Source of the DNA: the human T2T-CHM13v2.0 reference genome, Homo sapiens
Assembly (NCBI RefSeq): GCF_009914755.1
Contig: NC_060936.1
Length of the DNA stretch: 64,000 nt
Direction: 5' to 3' (one strand)
Of the stretch, positions 39,983 through 60,861 are shown in pieces (positions within the stretch are counted from its first letter, which is position 1; each line of letters starts with the position of its first letter). The position numbers and the translations under genes are program-made. Under the pieces are notes generated by a model that was not told the DNA's origin, searched no databases, and saw only the letters and a list, made by a program, of their open reading frames with translations.

Positions 39983-40386
39983 TGTTATAGACTGAATTTT
40001 ATGTTCCCTGCAAATCCATATGTTGAAGTCCTAATGCCCAGTACCTCAGCAGGTGACTGTATTTGGGAATAGGGCCTTTAAAGAGGTAATTAAGTTAAAA
40101 TGTGGGCATTAGGGTGGGCCCTAAGTCAACCCAACAGATGTCCTTATTACAAGAGGTGATTAGGACCCAGTGAGCCACCAGAGGCACCTGGGCACAGAGG
40201 GATGACTGTTTGGAGGCAGCAAGCAGGTAGCCATCTGCAAGCCAAGGACAGAGGTCTCGGAGAAACCAAACCTGCCAGCACACTGGTCTCTGATTACTAG
40301 CCTCCAGAACTTCAAGAAAATTAATTTCTCTGTTTAAGTCACCCAGTCTGTGGTATTTTGTTATGGTGGCTTTGGCAGACAAATTC
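39983..40386 (+). mobile_element. MaLR solo LTR (MLT1A/B-like)
   Basis: Starts 'tgttatagactgaat...tatgttgaagtcctaa' and ends 'ggtattttgttatggtggctttggcagacaaattca'. Confidence 0.85.
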
Positions 40387-40532
40387 AGGACCCATCTATT
40401 TGGCCCTTGACAGAATTAAAAATGCTTCAACCCAAGCGAAACTGGCTTTGCTAGGACTGTAGATCAGATCTCTCTGGGCCTCTTGAAACAGAATATACTC
40501 TCTCTTGCAAAGTCAGCATAGACCCTTTCCTT

Positions 40533-40580
40533 CACACTTCTCACGCTCCCTTCCTCCACACTTCTCACGCTCCCTTCCTC
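40533..40580. repeat. Perfect 24-bp tandem duplication
   Basis: (cacacttctcacgctcccttcctc)x2. Confidence 0.9.
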
Positions 40581-40755
40581 TTACCCCCTGGACAATATAG
40601 CACCTTTCCTGCCTCACTTACCCATTCCCAATGCACATACTTCTCTTCCTAGATTGATCACTATTCTGCAAAACTCTGGACTCTAGAAATGAGGCAGGGA
40701 GGTGGAGTAGGGGGTTCTAGATATGGTGTGTGTCTTTCCTTTGTCTCATGCATGT

Positions 40756-41173
40756 TGTATTGGTTCTCTAGAAAAACAGAACCAACAGAATGTGTATACG
40801 TATTGATGGAGAGAGAGGGAGAAATGTATTTTAACAAATTGGCTCAAGCCACTGTAGAGGCTTAGTAAGTCCAAAATCTTATGGGCTAAGCTGGCAGGCT
40901 GGCGACAGAGAAGAGTTGCAGTTTGAGTCCAAAGGCCACCAGCTGACAGAATTCCTTCTTTCTTGGGGAAGTCTGTTGTAGTACTAATCAGGCCTTCAAT
41001 GAATTGTATGAGGCCCACCCACATTATGGAAGATAACATGCTTTACTCAAAGTCCACTGATTTAAATGTTAACCTCATCCAAAACCACCTTCACAGAAAC
41101 ATCCAGAATAGTGTTTAACCAAATATCTGGGCATGTGGCCTAGCCAAGTTGACACATAAAATCAACCATCACA
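40756..41173 (-). mobile_element. MLT2 (ERVL) solo LTR
   Basis: 'ggttctctagaaaaacagaaccaa...aagttgacacataaaatcaaccatcaca'. Confidence 0.85.
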
Positions 41174-41227
41174 CATGTCATTCTTGAACTAAACTTCTTT
41201 GCCCCATTCTCAATGAACTAATTGGAA

Positions 41228-42015
41228 CTATATTGTCAAATACGATCGCCACTAGCCACGTGGTGCTAATGGAGCATTTGAAATGGAGCTAGTTCAAGTT
41301 CAGAGGTGCTGTATACATAGGATATACACTAGACTCTGAAGACTAAGTACAAAAAAGTAAAATATCTCATTAATAATCTTTATATAGATTTCACCTAGAA
41401 ATGATAATTTGGGGAGTATATGGAGTCTATTAGCTTCCTAGAGTCACCATACAAATTATTAGAAACTTAGTGGCTTAAAACAACACATTTATTATCTTAC
41501 ATTTCTGTAGTTCAAAAGTCTGACTCAGGTCTCATTGGGCAAAATCAAGGTTTTGGGAGGGTTGCATTCCTTTTGGAGGCCTTAGGTGAGAATTCGTTCC
41601 CTTGCCTTTTTCAGCTTCTAGAGGTTTCCCACACTCCTTGGCTAGTGGCTCCTTGCTCCATCTTCAAAGCCAACAGTATCTCTTCTCTCGCCCTTCTCCA
41701 TCCTCGCATCTCCCTGACCATAGATTGGACCCACCTGTATGATTCTTGACACTCTATTCTTCTCAAGCCCCTTAGCCTTAATCACATCTGCAAAGTCCCT
41801 TTGCCATGTAAGGAATATATTCACATTTCAGGGATCTTGGACATCTTTCATTATTTTGCCTACCTCATTGGGTTAAATAAAATATGTTATTGATATTAAT
41901 TTCACACTGTAAAAAACTTTTTAGTGGCCACATTTAGTGGCCACAAGAAAAGTTTTAAAATTACATATGTAGCAGGCATTTGTGGCTCTCAATATATTTC
42001 TATCGGACAATGCTA
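41228..42015. mobile_element. MER33-like DNA element interrupted by an MLT1 LTR (~41425-41865, - strand)
   Basis: MER33-type halves flank 'aaacttagtggcttaaaacaacacatttattatcttac...aatcacatctgcaaagtccctttgccatgtaag'. Confidence 0.7.
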
Positions 42016-42104
42016 GATTAGAAACTGAGAAGCATAGAGATTAAGGGGCTTGTCAAAAGTTGTATATCACATCAATAATGATGCTAAGAACTTTGGTGGG
42101 GGAT

Positions 42105-42409
<305 letters not shown>

Positions 42410-42468
42410 CCTAAGAACTTTGAAGGGCCTCAGGGCTCAGACCTCTTCTCTTTCCACACTCATCTTAG

Positions 42469-42817
<349 letters not shown>

Positions 42818-42819
42818 TG

Positions 42820-44100
<1,281 letters not shown>

Positions 44101-44932
44101 TCTCACTCAAAAAGAATTAGTAGTATTAGACTGAATAATTAGGAATAACCTAGATAACCATGTGTTCAATATTTTTTTTCCCAGAACTGCATTATTTAGT
44201 TTGGCAGATATTTAAAGGCAAATTATCAACCATGTTTGCCAATTTTCAGATGACAGTCTTATCCACCAAAGAGCTAGTGTTTTCAAATCCTAGTTGCCCT
44301 TTTGCTATTCAAGATCAGTGTTTTTTTTTTTTTACAAAGATAATTGTTTCAATCTAGTCTTTAGAACTGACCGGAGAAAAATGCAGATAATTGCTGTTAT
44401 AATAAATGGAAAAGCAGCAAAAGTTACTGATTTTTTTTCAGTTCATTTAGTCCCTAATCAACTGTCAAACAAAACGTCCGTCCCAACTGACAGCCTCAGT
44501 TAGCAAACTTAAAAAGCCTGCTTTTCTGAGGCTCCTGTCACATTGCAAGTCTCAGAAAGCAAGCTAATTGCTTATCACTTATGCAGAATGGGAATGGGGC
44601 ATTATATTCTCTTACTAGTGTAAAACTCTATCCCCTTATTGGCTAATTTTTTGGAGCTGTTGATTTCAACTTTCAAATTGCATGTTTTCCCCAACCCATA
44701 TCAATACCAGATGTTTATAACTTTGAAATGAAATCCTCTTTTGCTTTATTTTTCTTAAAATCACATTGCACTCGACACTATTGTCTACATGCGGTATTGC
44801 AATGTTTTAAAGAAACTTCCAAACTACCAATAGCCTTTATCTTCTTTTCATAAAACCTTGAACTAATGTTTACATTTTTGCCCAATGACTTACCAGTCCT
44901 ATGGCCCTTAAAGACCTTAAAAAGTAGAAGGA

Positions 44933-45268
<336 letters not shown>

Positions 45269-45484
45269 TTACAATGAAATTGGACCTAAAGGAGTATTAA
45301 AAAGTTGAAAAAAAAAACCCATAATCCATAAATTAGGACAGTACTAATTCTTGCTCCAGCAGATATTAGAAAGTTAGATGGTCACCACACTACACAGATA
45401 CCCCAACAGAATAGAAAAGAAAGTCCAGAGAGACCAAAAATATATATAAGAATTTAGTATATGGGAAAGTAGCCATTTCAGTAG

Positions 45485-45667
<183 letters not shown>

Positions 45668-45729
45668 TAAGAGTGTTTTATAACTGTCCAATAAGTTGAA
45701 AAACAAAAAATTTAAATTCTACATCAGTT

Positions 45730-46250
45730 TAAAATGCTCTGGCTGAAAGTAACAAAACGCAAGCTGACAGAGGCTGAATACATAAAGATGTCGCATATTA
45801 CCTAACATGAAGTCCAAAGGTAGAAAGTCCCAGGATTGGTTTAATGCCGTAAAGATGTTTTCAAATACCCAGGCTCTACATTTTTCCTTTTCACCATCCT
45901 CAGTGGGCTGGCTTTTTGTTCTTGGGCTTGTTGCTAGTGATCCAAGATGGCTATCAGAACTCGATGTCAAGTCATCACACAGCAAAGGCAAGAGGTAAAG
46001 TTGGGCCAGGGTAGTGAGACAGAGAGCATTCTGCTTTAGTGCCTCTCTCCTTTTATCAGGGACTAACATTCTTTATTTAGAAGCCTCCCAGAAGAATTCC
46101 TCTTGTGTCTCATTGGCTAGGCTAAGTCCATGAGCATTACTTGCTGCAGAGGATGAAGGTTAAACCAGTATCTGATTTTTCAGTCTCTGCAATAGGCAAT
46201 GGACAAGGGAAGGGGCATTGGAAATGGGTATTTGGTAGCCAATCAGATCG
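45730..46250. mobile_element. Old MaLR LTR (MLT1J/K-like)
   Basis: 'tccaagatggct', 'gtctcattggctagg' motifs. Confidence 0.45.
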
Positions 46251-47464
46251 TCAATCACATATATCAATATCAAATACATACTTCTGTCTTTCATGCAACT
46301 TAAAAATCCACCCTCTCTATAACCACCTTCTCTATTGTGTAATACACTTAACCTGCTTTAGAAAAATCTAGAGTCCAAAACTGCCAGAGAATTTAATTTC
46401 TCTTATTTGGTTTCTAAATTTCTCTGCCATATTTCTTTGTCTTCATTCTCTTTAGGAATTCAGTTGTTGTTTTTACTGACTTCTGATTTACTGTTTATAC
46501 AGATTTCTACTCTTTTTTTTTTTGGCATAGTGATTTTTTTGGGAACCTATGTAATGGGTACATTTTTTTCACTTTTATTTAGCTTTTTTATAGATCACTA
46601 TGTTTGGAAATGTAAAAGTAACACGGTAAAAATAAGATATATCTATCGAGAAGCAAAGTGAAATTCACTCAGATGCACTCCTGTATGTACTAGTACTTAA
46701 ATGAACTTTTCATTTTTTCTTACCTTGTATTAAAGTTATTTTTGATATACTACTCATCTCCAGCTGACGACATTCCAAAAATATGTCCCCCCCAAAAAAA
46801 AAGAAAAGAACAACTATCCTTCGTACTACTGGAAACGCACCAATCCCCAAGCCAAATATTATTATATAAAGTTAACAATACTTAATGCTGATGTGAAGTC
46901 AATAAATCTTATGTCACATGATAATGAAGAAAGGAAATAAAATGAAGGTATTTTCCTAGTACAAGTGTATACATGCACAAACATGTTTTTAACAAAAGAA
47001 GGAGGAAATACTCATGACAATTACAGTCCCTGTTTCTGCAGCTGGTCACGTGGTCGTAGCTGGTATTGATGACTACCTTCTTCTACTACCCATTCTGTAC
47101 GCCCTTTGCCTTCAGCAAGCACCTCAGCAGGTCGTGTTTTTTTGTTTTGTTTTGTTTTGTTTTTGTCGTTGTTTTTTTTTTTTGGTGGAGTGACCCAAAC
47201 CTTCATTCCTGAAGCGTCTGGCCATGTGTAGTCCTGCCTAGATTGGGCTGCTGTAGTTTCCCATTGACCTTAATCACAGAGCACAGCAATACTAAGAGAC
47301 GCCCTAATGGATCTTTTTTTTTTTTTTTAAGTTTTAAAAGTCTTTAATTTCACCCCTCCACAAATTCTGAACAATACTTATTTTTGTTTTTAGTTTAGTG
47401 ACAGGGTCTCACTATGTTTCCCAGACTGGACTTAAACACCTGGGCTCAAGTGATCCTCCCACAT

Positions 47465-47700
47465 CTCTTGTATTCCATGCATACTCTTTCTTACCTCCGT
47501 TGTGGAGTGGTAGACTGATTTCATCTTGATAGTCTGGATCAATCACCCCAGTCAACACTGTAACTCCCTTCTTAGCCTGTTGACGTAAAGGTAGGAGGAG
47601 CCCAAAGTGTCCAGGTGGCAAACTTAACTTCCAGTTTAATGGAATTGTTGTCATGTCTCCTGGTGGCAGCATTCCTCCCTCTAGAACTAAGACCTCTAGG
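47465..47700 (-). pseudogene. HERVL dUTPase remnant
   Basis: PPGDMTTIPLNWKLSLPPGHFGLL...GVIDPDYQDEI, located downstream of integrase as in ERV-L. Confidence 0.85.
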
Positions 47701-47799
47701 CCAGCAATGTGAATGTCGTGGAAACAGGAAGCAAAAAATTTGCTAGTGGATCACTAGGGGTGATGGTGAGTGGTGCCACTTCCACTTCCACCCCTTGAT

Positions 47800-50183
47800 T
47801 CCTGGATCCTTGAATCCTGGCTATGGGAGAAACAGTACCATATATTGGGCACTGATTCAGAGCATACACAGCCTTCTGGAGAGCTTTGTCTCAGCCCTGC
47901 AAAGTATTGTCACCTAGTTGGAGTTTTGTAATTGTGACTTCAAAAGCCCATTCCACCGTTCTATCAATCCAGCTGCTTCAAGATGATGGGAAATATGGTA
48001 AGACCAGTGAATTCCATGAGCAAGAGCTCACTGCCACACATATTTAACTATAAAGTGAGTGCCTTGGTCAGAGGCAATGTTCTGTGGAATACCATGACAG
48101 TGGATAAGGCATTCCGTGAGTACATGAATGGTAGTCTTGGCAGAAGCATTGAGTGCAGGATAGGCAAACCCATATCCAGAGTAGGTGTCTATTCCAGTAA
48201 GGACAAACCTCTGCCCTTTCCATGATGGAAGAAGTCCAATATAATCAACTTGCCACCAGGTAGCTAACTGATCACCCTGAGGAACAGTGTCATATCAAGG
48301 GCTCAGTGTTGGTCTCTGCTGCTGGCAAATGGGTACTCAGCAGTGGCCATAGCCAAGTCAGCCTTGGTGGGTGGAAGTCCATCTTGCTGAGCCTATGCAT
48401 AACCTCCATCACTGCCAACATGGCCACTTTGTTCATGGGCCCATTGGGTGATCACAGGGGTGGCTGAGAATGAGGCTGAGTGGTGTCCACAGAACAGGTC
48501 ATCCTATCCACTTGATTATTAAAATCTTCCTCCACCAAGATCACCTGTTGGTGAGCACTCACATGGGATAAAAATATCTTCACAGTTTTTGACCATTCAG
48601 AGAGGTCCATCCACATACCTCTTCCCCAAATTTCTTTGTCACCGATTTTCCAATCATGCTTCTTCCAAGACCCTGGCCATCCAGCCAAACCATTGGCTAC
48701 AGCTTATGAATCAGTATATAATCACACAGCTGGCCATTTCTCCTTCCATGCAAAGTGTACAACCAAGTGCACTGCTCAAAGTTCTGTTCACTGGGATGAT
48801 TTCTCTTCACTTCTGTCCTTCAGTGTTGTCCTAGAAAGGGGCTGTAGTGCTGCAACTGTCCACTTTCAGGTGGTGCCTGTGTAATGTGCAGAACCATCTG
48901 TGAACCAGGCCCCAGTCTTCTCTTCCTCTGTGAACTGAATCATAGGGAACTTCCCTATAAGGCCATCAGTGCGGGCTGGGGGAAGAGAAGGCAGGGTGGG
49001 AGGAGTGGAGACCATAGGCATTTGAGCTACTTACTCATGTAACTTACTTGTGCCCAATCACCTATATACCACTTCTGTTTGATGATGGAATGCTGCTAAG
49101 CATGACCCACTTTATGGCTAGATGGTTCAGAAAGCACCCAGTTCATGATAGGCAGTTCAGGTTGCATGGTAATTTGATGACCCATAGTCAAATGTTCAGT
49201 TTCCACCAAAGCTCGGTAATAGGCCAAGAGCTGTCTCTCAAAGGGAGAGTAGTTATCTGCAGAAGATGGCAGGGCCTTGCTCCAAAATCCTAGAGGCCTC
49301 CACTGTGATTCACCTATGGGAGCCTGCCAAAGGCTCCAGACAGCATCCCTATCTGCCAATGACACCACAATCACCATTGAATCTGCTGGGTCATATGGCC
49401 CAAGTGGCAGAAATGCTTGCACAGCAGCATGGACCTGTTGGAGAGCCTTCTCCTGTTCTAGACCCCACTCAAAACTGGCAGCCTTTTGGGTCACTCAATA
49501 AATAGTCCAGAGTAACCCACCCAAATGAAGAATGTGTTGCCTACAAAATCCAAATAGGACCATTAGGCATTGTGCCTCTTTCTGGGTTTTGGGAGGGGCC
49601 AAATGCAGCAACTTATCCTTCACCTTAAAAAGAATATCTCGACAGGCCCCAAACCACTGGACCCCTAAAAATTTTAGTGAGGTAGAAGTTCCCTGAATTT
49701 TAGTTGGATTTTCCCATCCTCTAGCATGCAAATGTCTTACCAATGAGTCCAGTGTGTTTGCTACTTCTTGCTCTCTGAATCCAATCAGCATAATGTCATC
49801 AATGTAATGAAGCAAAAGCGATCAAAATCTCTCAGAATAAGATTATGAAACAAAGCCAGAGTTGATATAACCCTTGAGGTACAACAGTGAAGGTATATTG
49901 CTGACCTTGCCAGCCAAAGGTAAATTGCTTCTGGTGCGCCTTATGGATAGGAATGGAGAAAAAGGCATTTGCCAAGTCAATGGCTGCATATCAGTTACCA
50001 GGAGGTGTGTTAATTTGCTCAAGCAATAAAAACACATCTGGTACAGCAGCTGCAATTGGAGTCAACACTTGGTTAATCTTACAATAATCCACTGTCATTC
50101 TCCAAGATCCATCTGTCTTCTGCACAGGCCAAATGGGAGAGTCAAACGGAGATGAGGTGGGAATCACTACCCCTGCATCTTTC
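47800..50183 (-). pseudogene. HERVL pol remnant (RT, RNase H, integrase)
   Basis: [26 protein letters not shown]; multiple frameshifts and stops. Confidence 0.88.
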
Positions 50184-53954
<3,771 letters not shown>

Positions 53955-54041
53955 ACCCCTGCATCTTTCAAGTCCCTGATGGTGGCACTAATCTTTGCAA
54001 TCCCTTCAGGGATGTGATATTGTTTTTGATTTACTCTTTTC

Positions 54042-54760
<719 letters not shown>

Positions 54761-54899
54761 CATAAAATGTCAGTAATGTAGTAAGGTCCTTCCTCAAGGA
54801 GACTTTGCTTCCCCTTCATTCAAGGGGTTCTGGGTCTGTAAACTGGCTCAAGTCTGGAAACTGATTGAGGGGCCATGATTCTCTGTTTTTATATTTCAA

Positions 54900-56260
54900 A
54901 TTATTCTTTTGTCCATTTGACTTAGAAGTTTTCTACTTATATAAATTAAATAGGAATGCAGTAGGCTTCCTATCAATTTCACTTCTAGGAACATGATTAA
55001 TTAGCCAATGCCAGGGCTCTACATGAGCCAGACTATTCTGATTGCTGCTTTGCCTCTGCTGTCCATTACGGTAGCTATGCCTACCTTGCCTTTGACAATT
55101 GAGTGCCACCACTTGGCCCCTGCCACTTCGGGATCCAATTATTCCCACTGTATTTAAATTTTGTAGTTGAGTGGCTGTGGTCCCCACTGTTAGGTCTGAC
55201 ATACAGAGAAAAGCAAGTACAGGGCTCTTCAAAGATGCAGGTGCTGCCTTCACAAATCTATTTCACAAGTCATTGGTCAAGGGTGTATCTTCTGGACCCT
55301 TCCACTTGGGATGAGTAGGTCTAAAGTGACTAATCCACTCCACTATCCCAATCTCCCTAAGCCTTTGGATCCCTTCCTCTACGTTAAACCAAGGGAGATC
55401 AGGCTTTTCCAGCTCACTCACAGATCTTTTAATCCATACTTCAGCTAACCAAGCAAATAAACTATTAGAACCTTTTTTAACTCCCTGAACTGAAACATTA
55501 AATGCGCAGTCGCTACTTAGTGGGCCCAAATCAATAAATTCAGCATGACCCAGTTCTATGTTCCTTCCACCATTATCTCACAACCTTAACATCCATTTGC
55601 ATGCCTGTTCTCCAGATTTCTGTTTATATAAATTAGAAAACTCAAGCAGTTCTTTTCAAGTGTAGTGCGCCTCCTCATGGGTCACACTCTCAACCTCACC
55701 TCTAGAGGTCTGCCAGGACTTTAGTCTAGTTATAGGTCTAAAAGCAAACAGGGGTGCTGTGGGTGGCTCTTGAGGAGAATCAACATTATCTTGCCTGGCA
55801 ACTGCCTCAGGGGAGGCCATCACTATTGCCTCAGGCAGTGCAGGGTTTATCTCCTCAGATAAAAGTGGAAAGGCTGATGACAGCATGGGTCAGGGAGGGG
55901 ATGTTGCCACTACTGAGAATGGGGAAGCTGTTTCTTCTGGCAAAAAAAAAAAAAGGTTCATCGGAGTTTACAAACTCATTGTTCCCAACTTCATCAGAGT
56001 CTTCCCACATGTCCCCATCCCAAGTTGCAGGGTCCTATTCTTTTCCAATAAATGCCCTCACTTTAAAGTTGACACCTAGTGAGGCTGTGCATGCACCTTT
56101 CCTTGCAGACCAGCCACTTGCATAAGAGCTTGTGTCTGTTTTTCCACAGTTTCAGCTCTTTCTCTACAGAAGATAAGACTCTCACTCAGAGCAATCTTAA
56201 CAGATTTGAGGCTCATCATCTGTTTCTGAAGCTGGGATTTAGAATCCCTGAATTCATCAT
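54900..56260 (-). pseudogene. HERVL gag remnant
   Basis: DLPWFNVEEGIQRLREIG and GRGQVVALNCQRQG fragments typical of ERV-L gag. Confidence 0.75.
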
Positions 56261-56270
56261 TTTATTTCAT

Positions 56271-56645
56271 CATGTTAAGTATTAACTCACATGATCACAA
56301 GGCCCCACAATGGCTTGCTCCTGCAGGCTGAGGAGCAAGGAGAGCCAGTCCGAGTTCCAAAACTGAAGAATTTGGAGTCTGATGCTCGAGGGCAGGAAGC
56401 ATCCAGCATGGGAGAAAGATGTAGGCTGGGAGGCCTCTATTTTTACATTTTTCTGCCTGCTTTATATTTTAGCCATGCTGGCAGCTGATTAGATTGTGCC
56501 CACCCAGATTAAGGATGGGTCTGCCTTCCCCAGCCCACTGACTCAAATGTTAATCTCCTTTGGCAACACCCTGACAGACACACCCAGGATCAATACTTTG
56601 TATCCTTCAATCCAATTAAGTTGACACTCAGTATTAACCATCACA
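56271..56645 (-). mobile_element. MLT2A 5' LTR of the HERVL provirus (3'-truncated)
   Basis: Reverse complement begins TGTGATGGTTAATACTGAGTGTCAA. Confidence 0.88.
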
Positions 56646-56741
56646 TAGTTCTCATCTCGCCAGACCTTGACCTGGCTTTTTTTTTTTTTTTTTTTTTAAC
56701 TTTGGACCTCTCATCTGTGTCATCTGTTGCACTCAGGCTCA

Positions 56742-57191
<450 letters not shown>

Positions 57192-57201
57192 CCTAACATC
57201 A

Positions 57202-57312
<111 letters not shown>

Positions 57313-57414
57313 TCAAGGTGTCTTAGCTGTGGATCTCCCAACACCTGCAGGCCACAGAGGCTGTATCTCTAGGGGCAGAAGACGTAGAGAAGTCTACGTT
57401 GTTATTCTGATAAA

Positions 57415-59157
57415 GACTACTTTGAATCTGAAGATTGCTTTGGGCGGTATGATCATTTTAATGATCATAATCCTTCCAATCCATGAGCAGGGGATGCCTT
57501 TCCATTTGTTTGTGGCTGCTTTAATTTCTTTCAACAGTGTGCTTGGTTTTCCTTATAGAGATCTTTCACCTCTTTGGTTAAATTTATCCTTAGGTATTTT
57601 ACTTTTGTGGCTATTGTAAATGAAATTGCATTCTTGATTTTTTTTCTCAAGTACTTCATTATTGGTGTATAGAAATGTTACTGATTTTTGTATCTTGCAA
57701 CTTTACTAAATTTAAAAAATCAAATCAGAATTTTTTGGTGGACTTTTGCCTTTTCTTTCATTTTCTTGCTTGATTGCTCTGGCTAGAATGTCCAGTAATA
57801 TGTTGAATAAAAGTGGTGAAAATGGGCATTCTGTCTTGTTCCAGTTCTTACAGAAAAGACTGTCGGGCTTTCCCCATTCAATATGATAATAGTCATGGGT
57901 TTGTCATATCTGGCCTTTATAATGTTGAGGCATGTTCCTTCTATGCCTAGTTTGTTGAGAGTTTTTACCACGATGAGATGTTGATTTTATCAAATGCTTT
58001 TTTTGTATTTACTGAGGTGATCATGTGATTTTTGTCTTTCATTCTGTTGATGTGATGTATCATGTTTATTGTCTTGCATATGTTGAACTACCCTTGCATC
58101 CCTGTAAGAAATTCCACTTGTTATAGTGTATTTTTTGTTTGTTTGATGTGCTGTTGGATTTGGTTTGCTAGTATTTTATTGATAATTTTTGCATCTACTT
58201 TCATCAGGAATGTTGGGTAGGTCTAGCCCATAGTTTTCTTTTTTTGTTATGTCTTTGTGTGGTTTGGTATCAGGGTAATGCTGGCTTCATAGAATGAGTT
58301 AGGGAGAATTTCTTCCTCTTAAACTTTCTGGAATCATTTCAGAAAAATTGGTGTTAGTTCTTTTTTGAAAGTTTGGTAGAATTTGAGCCAGGCATGTGGC
58401 ATGTTCCTGAAGTCCCAGCTACTCAGGAGGCTGAAACAGGAGGATCTTGTGAGCCCAGGAACTTGACACTAGCCTGGGCAACATAACAAGACCTTGTCTC
58501 AAAACAATTTTATGTAAAGAAAAGAAACTTTGGTAGAATTTGGCAGTGAAGCCATCTGTTCCTAAACTTATCTTTGTTGAAAGACTTTGTGTTACTCAGA
58601 CAATCTCAATACTCATTATCAGTCTGTTCAGGTTTTCTATTTATTTGTGATTTATTTTTGTAGGTTATATGTGTCTAGGAATTTATCCATTACCTCTCAG
58701 TTTTCCAGTTTGTTAGTGTATAGTTGTTCATAATAGTCTCTGATTATATATTTTTTTTAATTCTTGTGGGTACATGATATGTATATATATTGATGGAGCA
58801 CATGAGATGTTTTGATACAGGTATGCAATGTTCTGATGTTTTGTATTTCTATGGTATCAGTTGTAATGTTTCCTTTTTCGTTTCTGATTTTTTTTGGAGG
58901 AGGGAGTCTTCTCTCTTTTTTTCTTGGCTAGTCTCACAACTGGTTTATTAATTTAGTTTACCTTTTCAAAGAACCAACTTTTCATTTTGTTGATCCTTTA
59001 TATTGATTTTTAGTCTGTTTCAGTGTGTTCTGACCTGATCCTTATTATTTCCTTCCTTCTATTAGTTTGGGTTTGGCTTCTTCTTGCTTTTCTCATTCGT
59101 TTTGGTCCATTTTTAGAATGTTTATTTGGAATCTTTCTACTTTTTTATGTAAGCATT
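57415..59157 (-). mobile_element. Old L1 ORF2 fragment
   Basis: [11 protein letters not shown]-type ORF2 remnants. Confidence 0.85.
58386..58510 (+). mobile_element. Alu left monomer (FLAM-like)
   Basis: Monomer flanked by tttggtagaattt duplication. Confidence 0.8.
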
Positions 59158-59497
59158 TGTCTTAGTTTGTTTGCATTGCTATAGAGGAATACCTAAAGCT
59201 GAGTATTTTATAAATAAAAAGGGTTTATTTGACTCACTGTCCTGCAGACTGTGCAGGAAGCATGATACCAGCCTCTGCTTCTGTTAACAACCTCAAGAAG
59301 CTTCCAATCATGGAGGACGGGGAAGGGGAGCACATATTACATGGTGAGAGTGAAGGAAACAGAGAGAGGAGGAGATGCCAGGCTCTTTCTAACAGTTAGT
59401 TCTCATAAGAATTAATAGAGTTATTCAGCAGGATACAGACAAACAAGAACAACAACAAAATAACAAAAAGAGAATTAACAGAGTAAGAACTCACTCA
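59158..59497 (-). mobile_element. MST-type MaLR LTR fragment
   Basis: 'tgtcttagtttgtttgcattgctatagaggaatacct...aagaagcttccaatcatgg'. Confidence 0.8.
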
Positions 59498-60080
59498 GGG
59501 GATTGTGGCCAAGATGGCTGACTATAAGCAGCTGCTGTGCACCACTGTCGTGAAGAGAAATGGAAGGGGTGAGTAAAAACAGCACCTTCAATTGAAATAT
59601 CCAGGTATGTGCAATGGGATTAATCAAGGATACAACTCAACCCATAGAGAATGGAGAAAAGCAAGGCAGGGTGACCACCCACTTGGGAGCAGTGTGGAGC
59701 AGGGGGAACCTACACTGTCCAGGGAAGTGGTGAGTGAGTAAGCAGCCCTGGGAAACCATACTTCTCCCATGGATCTTTGCAACCCTCGAATGAGGACGTA
59801 CCTTCATGAACTCACTCCACAAGGGTCTTCAGTCTGACACACAGAATTATGTGGAGTCTCAGCAGAGCAGCCACTCAGGCACATGCAGAGCCCCAAGAAA
59901 CTTAGACACCCAGGCTTCTTGGCAAAAGCAGCTGCAACTCTGGCAAAGGGGTACGTAGACCCCCATACGTACCCCTGGAAAAAGGGACTGAATCCAGAAG
60001 ACTGAGCAGTGACAGGCTAAAGGTCCCGCTTCCACGGCACTTTGCAGGATAAGATCCACTGACTTGGAACTCCAGTCAGC

Positions 60081-60138
60081 CACCATTAACCATTAACCAT
60101 TAACCATTAACATTAACATTAGCACCATTAACATTAGC
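60081..60138. repeat. (ACCATTA)n short tandem expansion
   Basis: Read directly. Confidence 0.85.
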
Positions 60139-60565
60139 AGTGTTAACCTCCCTGAGACAGAGGGAGGGGTGGGTCACCATCTTTGCTGTTTAGCCAACTT
60201 AGCCATTCTTGCCTTCTGGTTTTGGAAAGTCTGAGGCAACTGGGGTTTGGGGCAGAACCTCCGCACAGTATAGCTGCTCTACGAAAATGTGACCAGACTG
60301 CTGTTTTAAGTGGGTCCCTGATCCCATTCCTCCCCACTGGGTGGAACCTCCAGACTGGGGTCTCCAGCTACCCATCGTTTTCTGGCCAACAGAGGTTTCA
60401 GACCTCCCTGGAATGAAGCTCCCAGAGGAAGGGGCAGGCTGCCATCTTTGATGTTTGGCTGACTTAGCCATTCTTACCTTCGGGCTTTGGAGAGTCAGAG
60501 ACAACCAGGAGCTGGAGCAGAGCCCCAGAGCAACACAGCTGTCCTACAAGAATGTGGCCAAACTG

Positions 60566-60861
60566 CTTTTTTTTTTTTTTTTGAGACAGTCGCTCTGTTG
60601 CCCAGGCTGGAGTGCAGTGGCACGATCTCAGCTCACTACAAGCTCCGCCCCCCAGGTTCAAGCAATTCTCCTGCCTCAGCCGCCTGAGTAGCTAGGACTA
60701 CAGGTGTGCACCACCACCACGCCCAGTTAATTTTTGTATTGTTAGTAGAGATGGGGTTTCACCATGTTGGCCAGGCTGGCCTCGAACTCCTGACCTCGTG
60801 ATCTGCCCTCCTTGGTCTCCCAATGTGCTGGGATTACAGATGTGAGCCACTGCACCCGGCC
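60566..60861 (-). mobile_element. AluS-like
   Basis: Dimeric Alu; TSD ccaaactgcttttt. Confidence 0.95.

Noticed and set aside
40756-41173. MLT2 LTR as the 3' LTR of the HERVL provirus
   Set aside because: It is 5.6 kb away across older L2 and MER sequence and clearly differs from the MLT2A LTR at 56271-56645.
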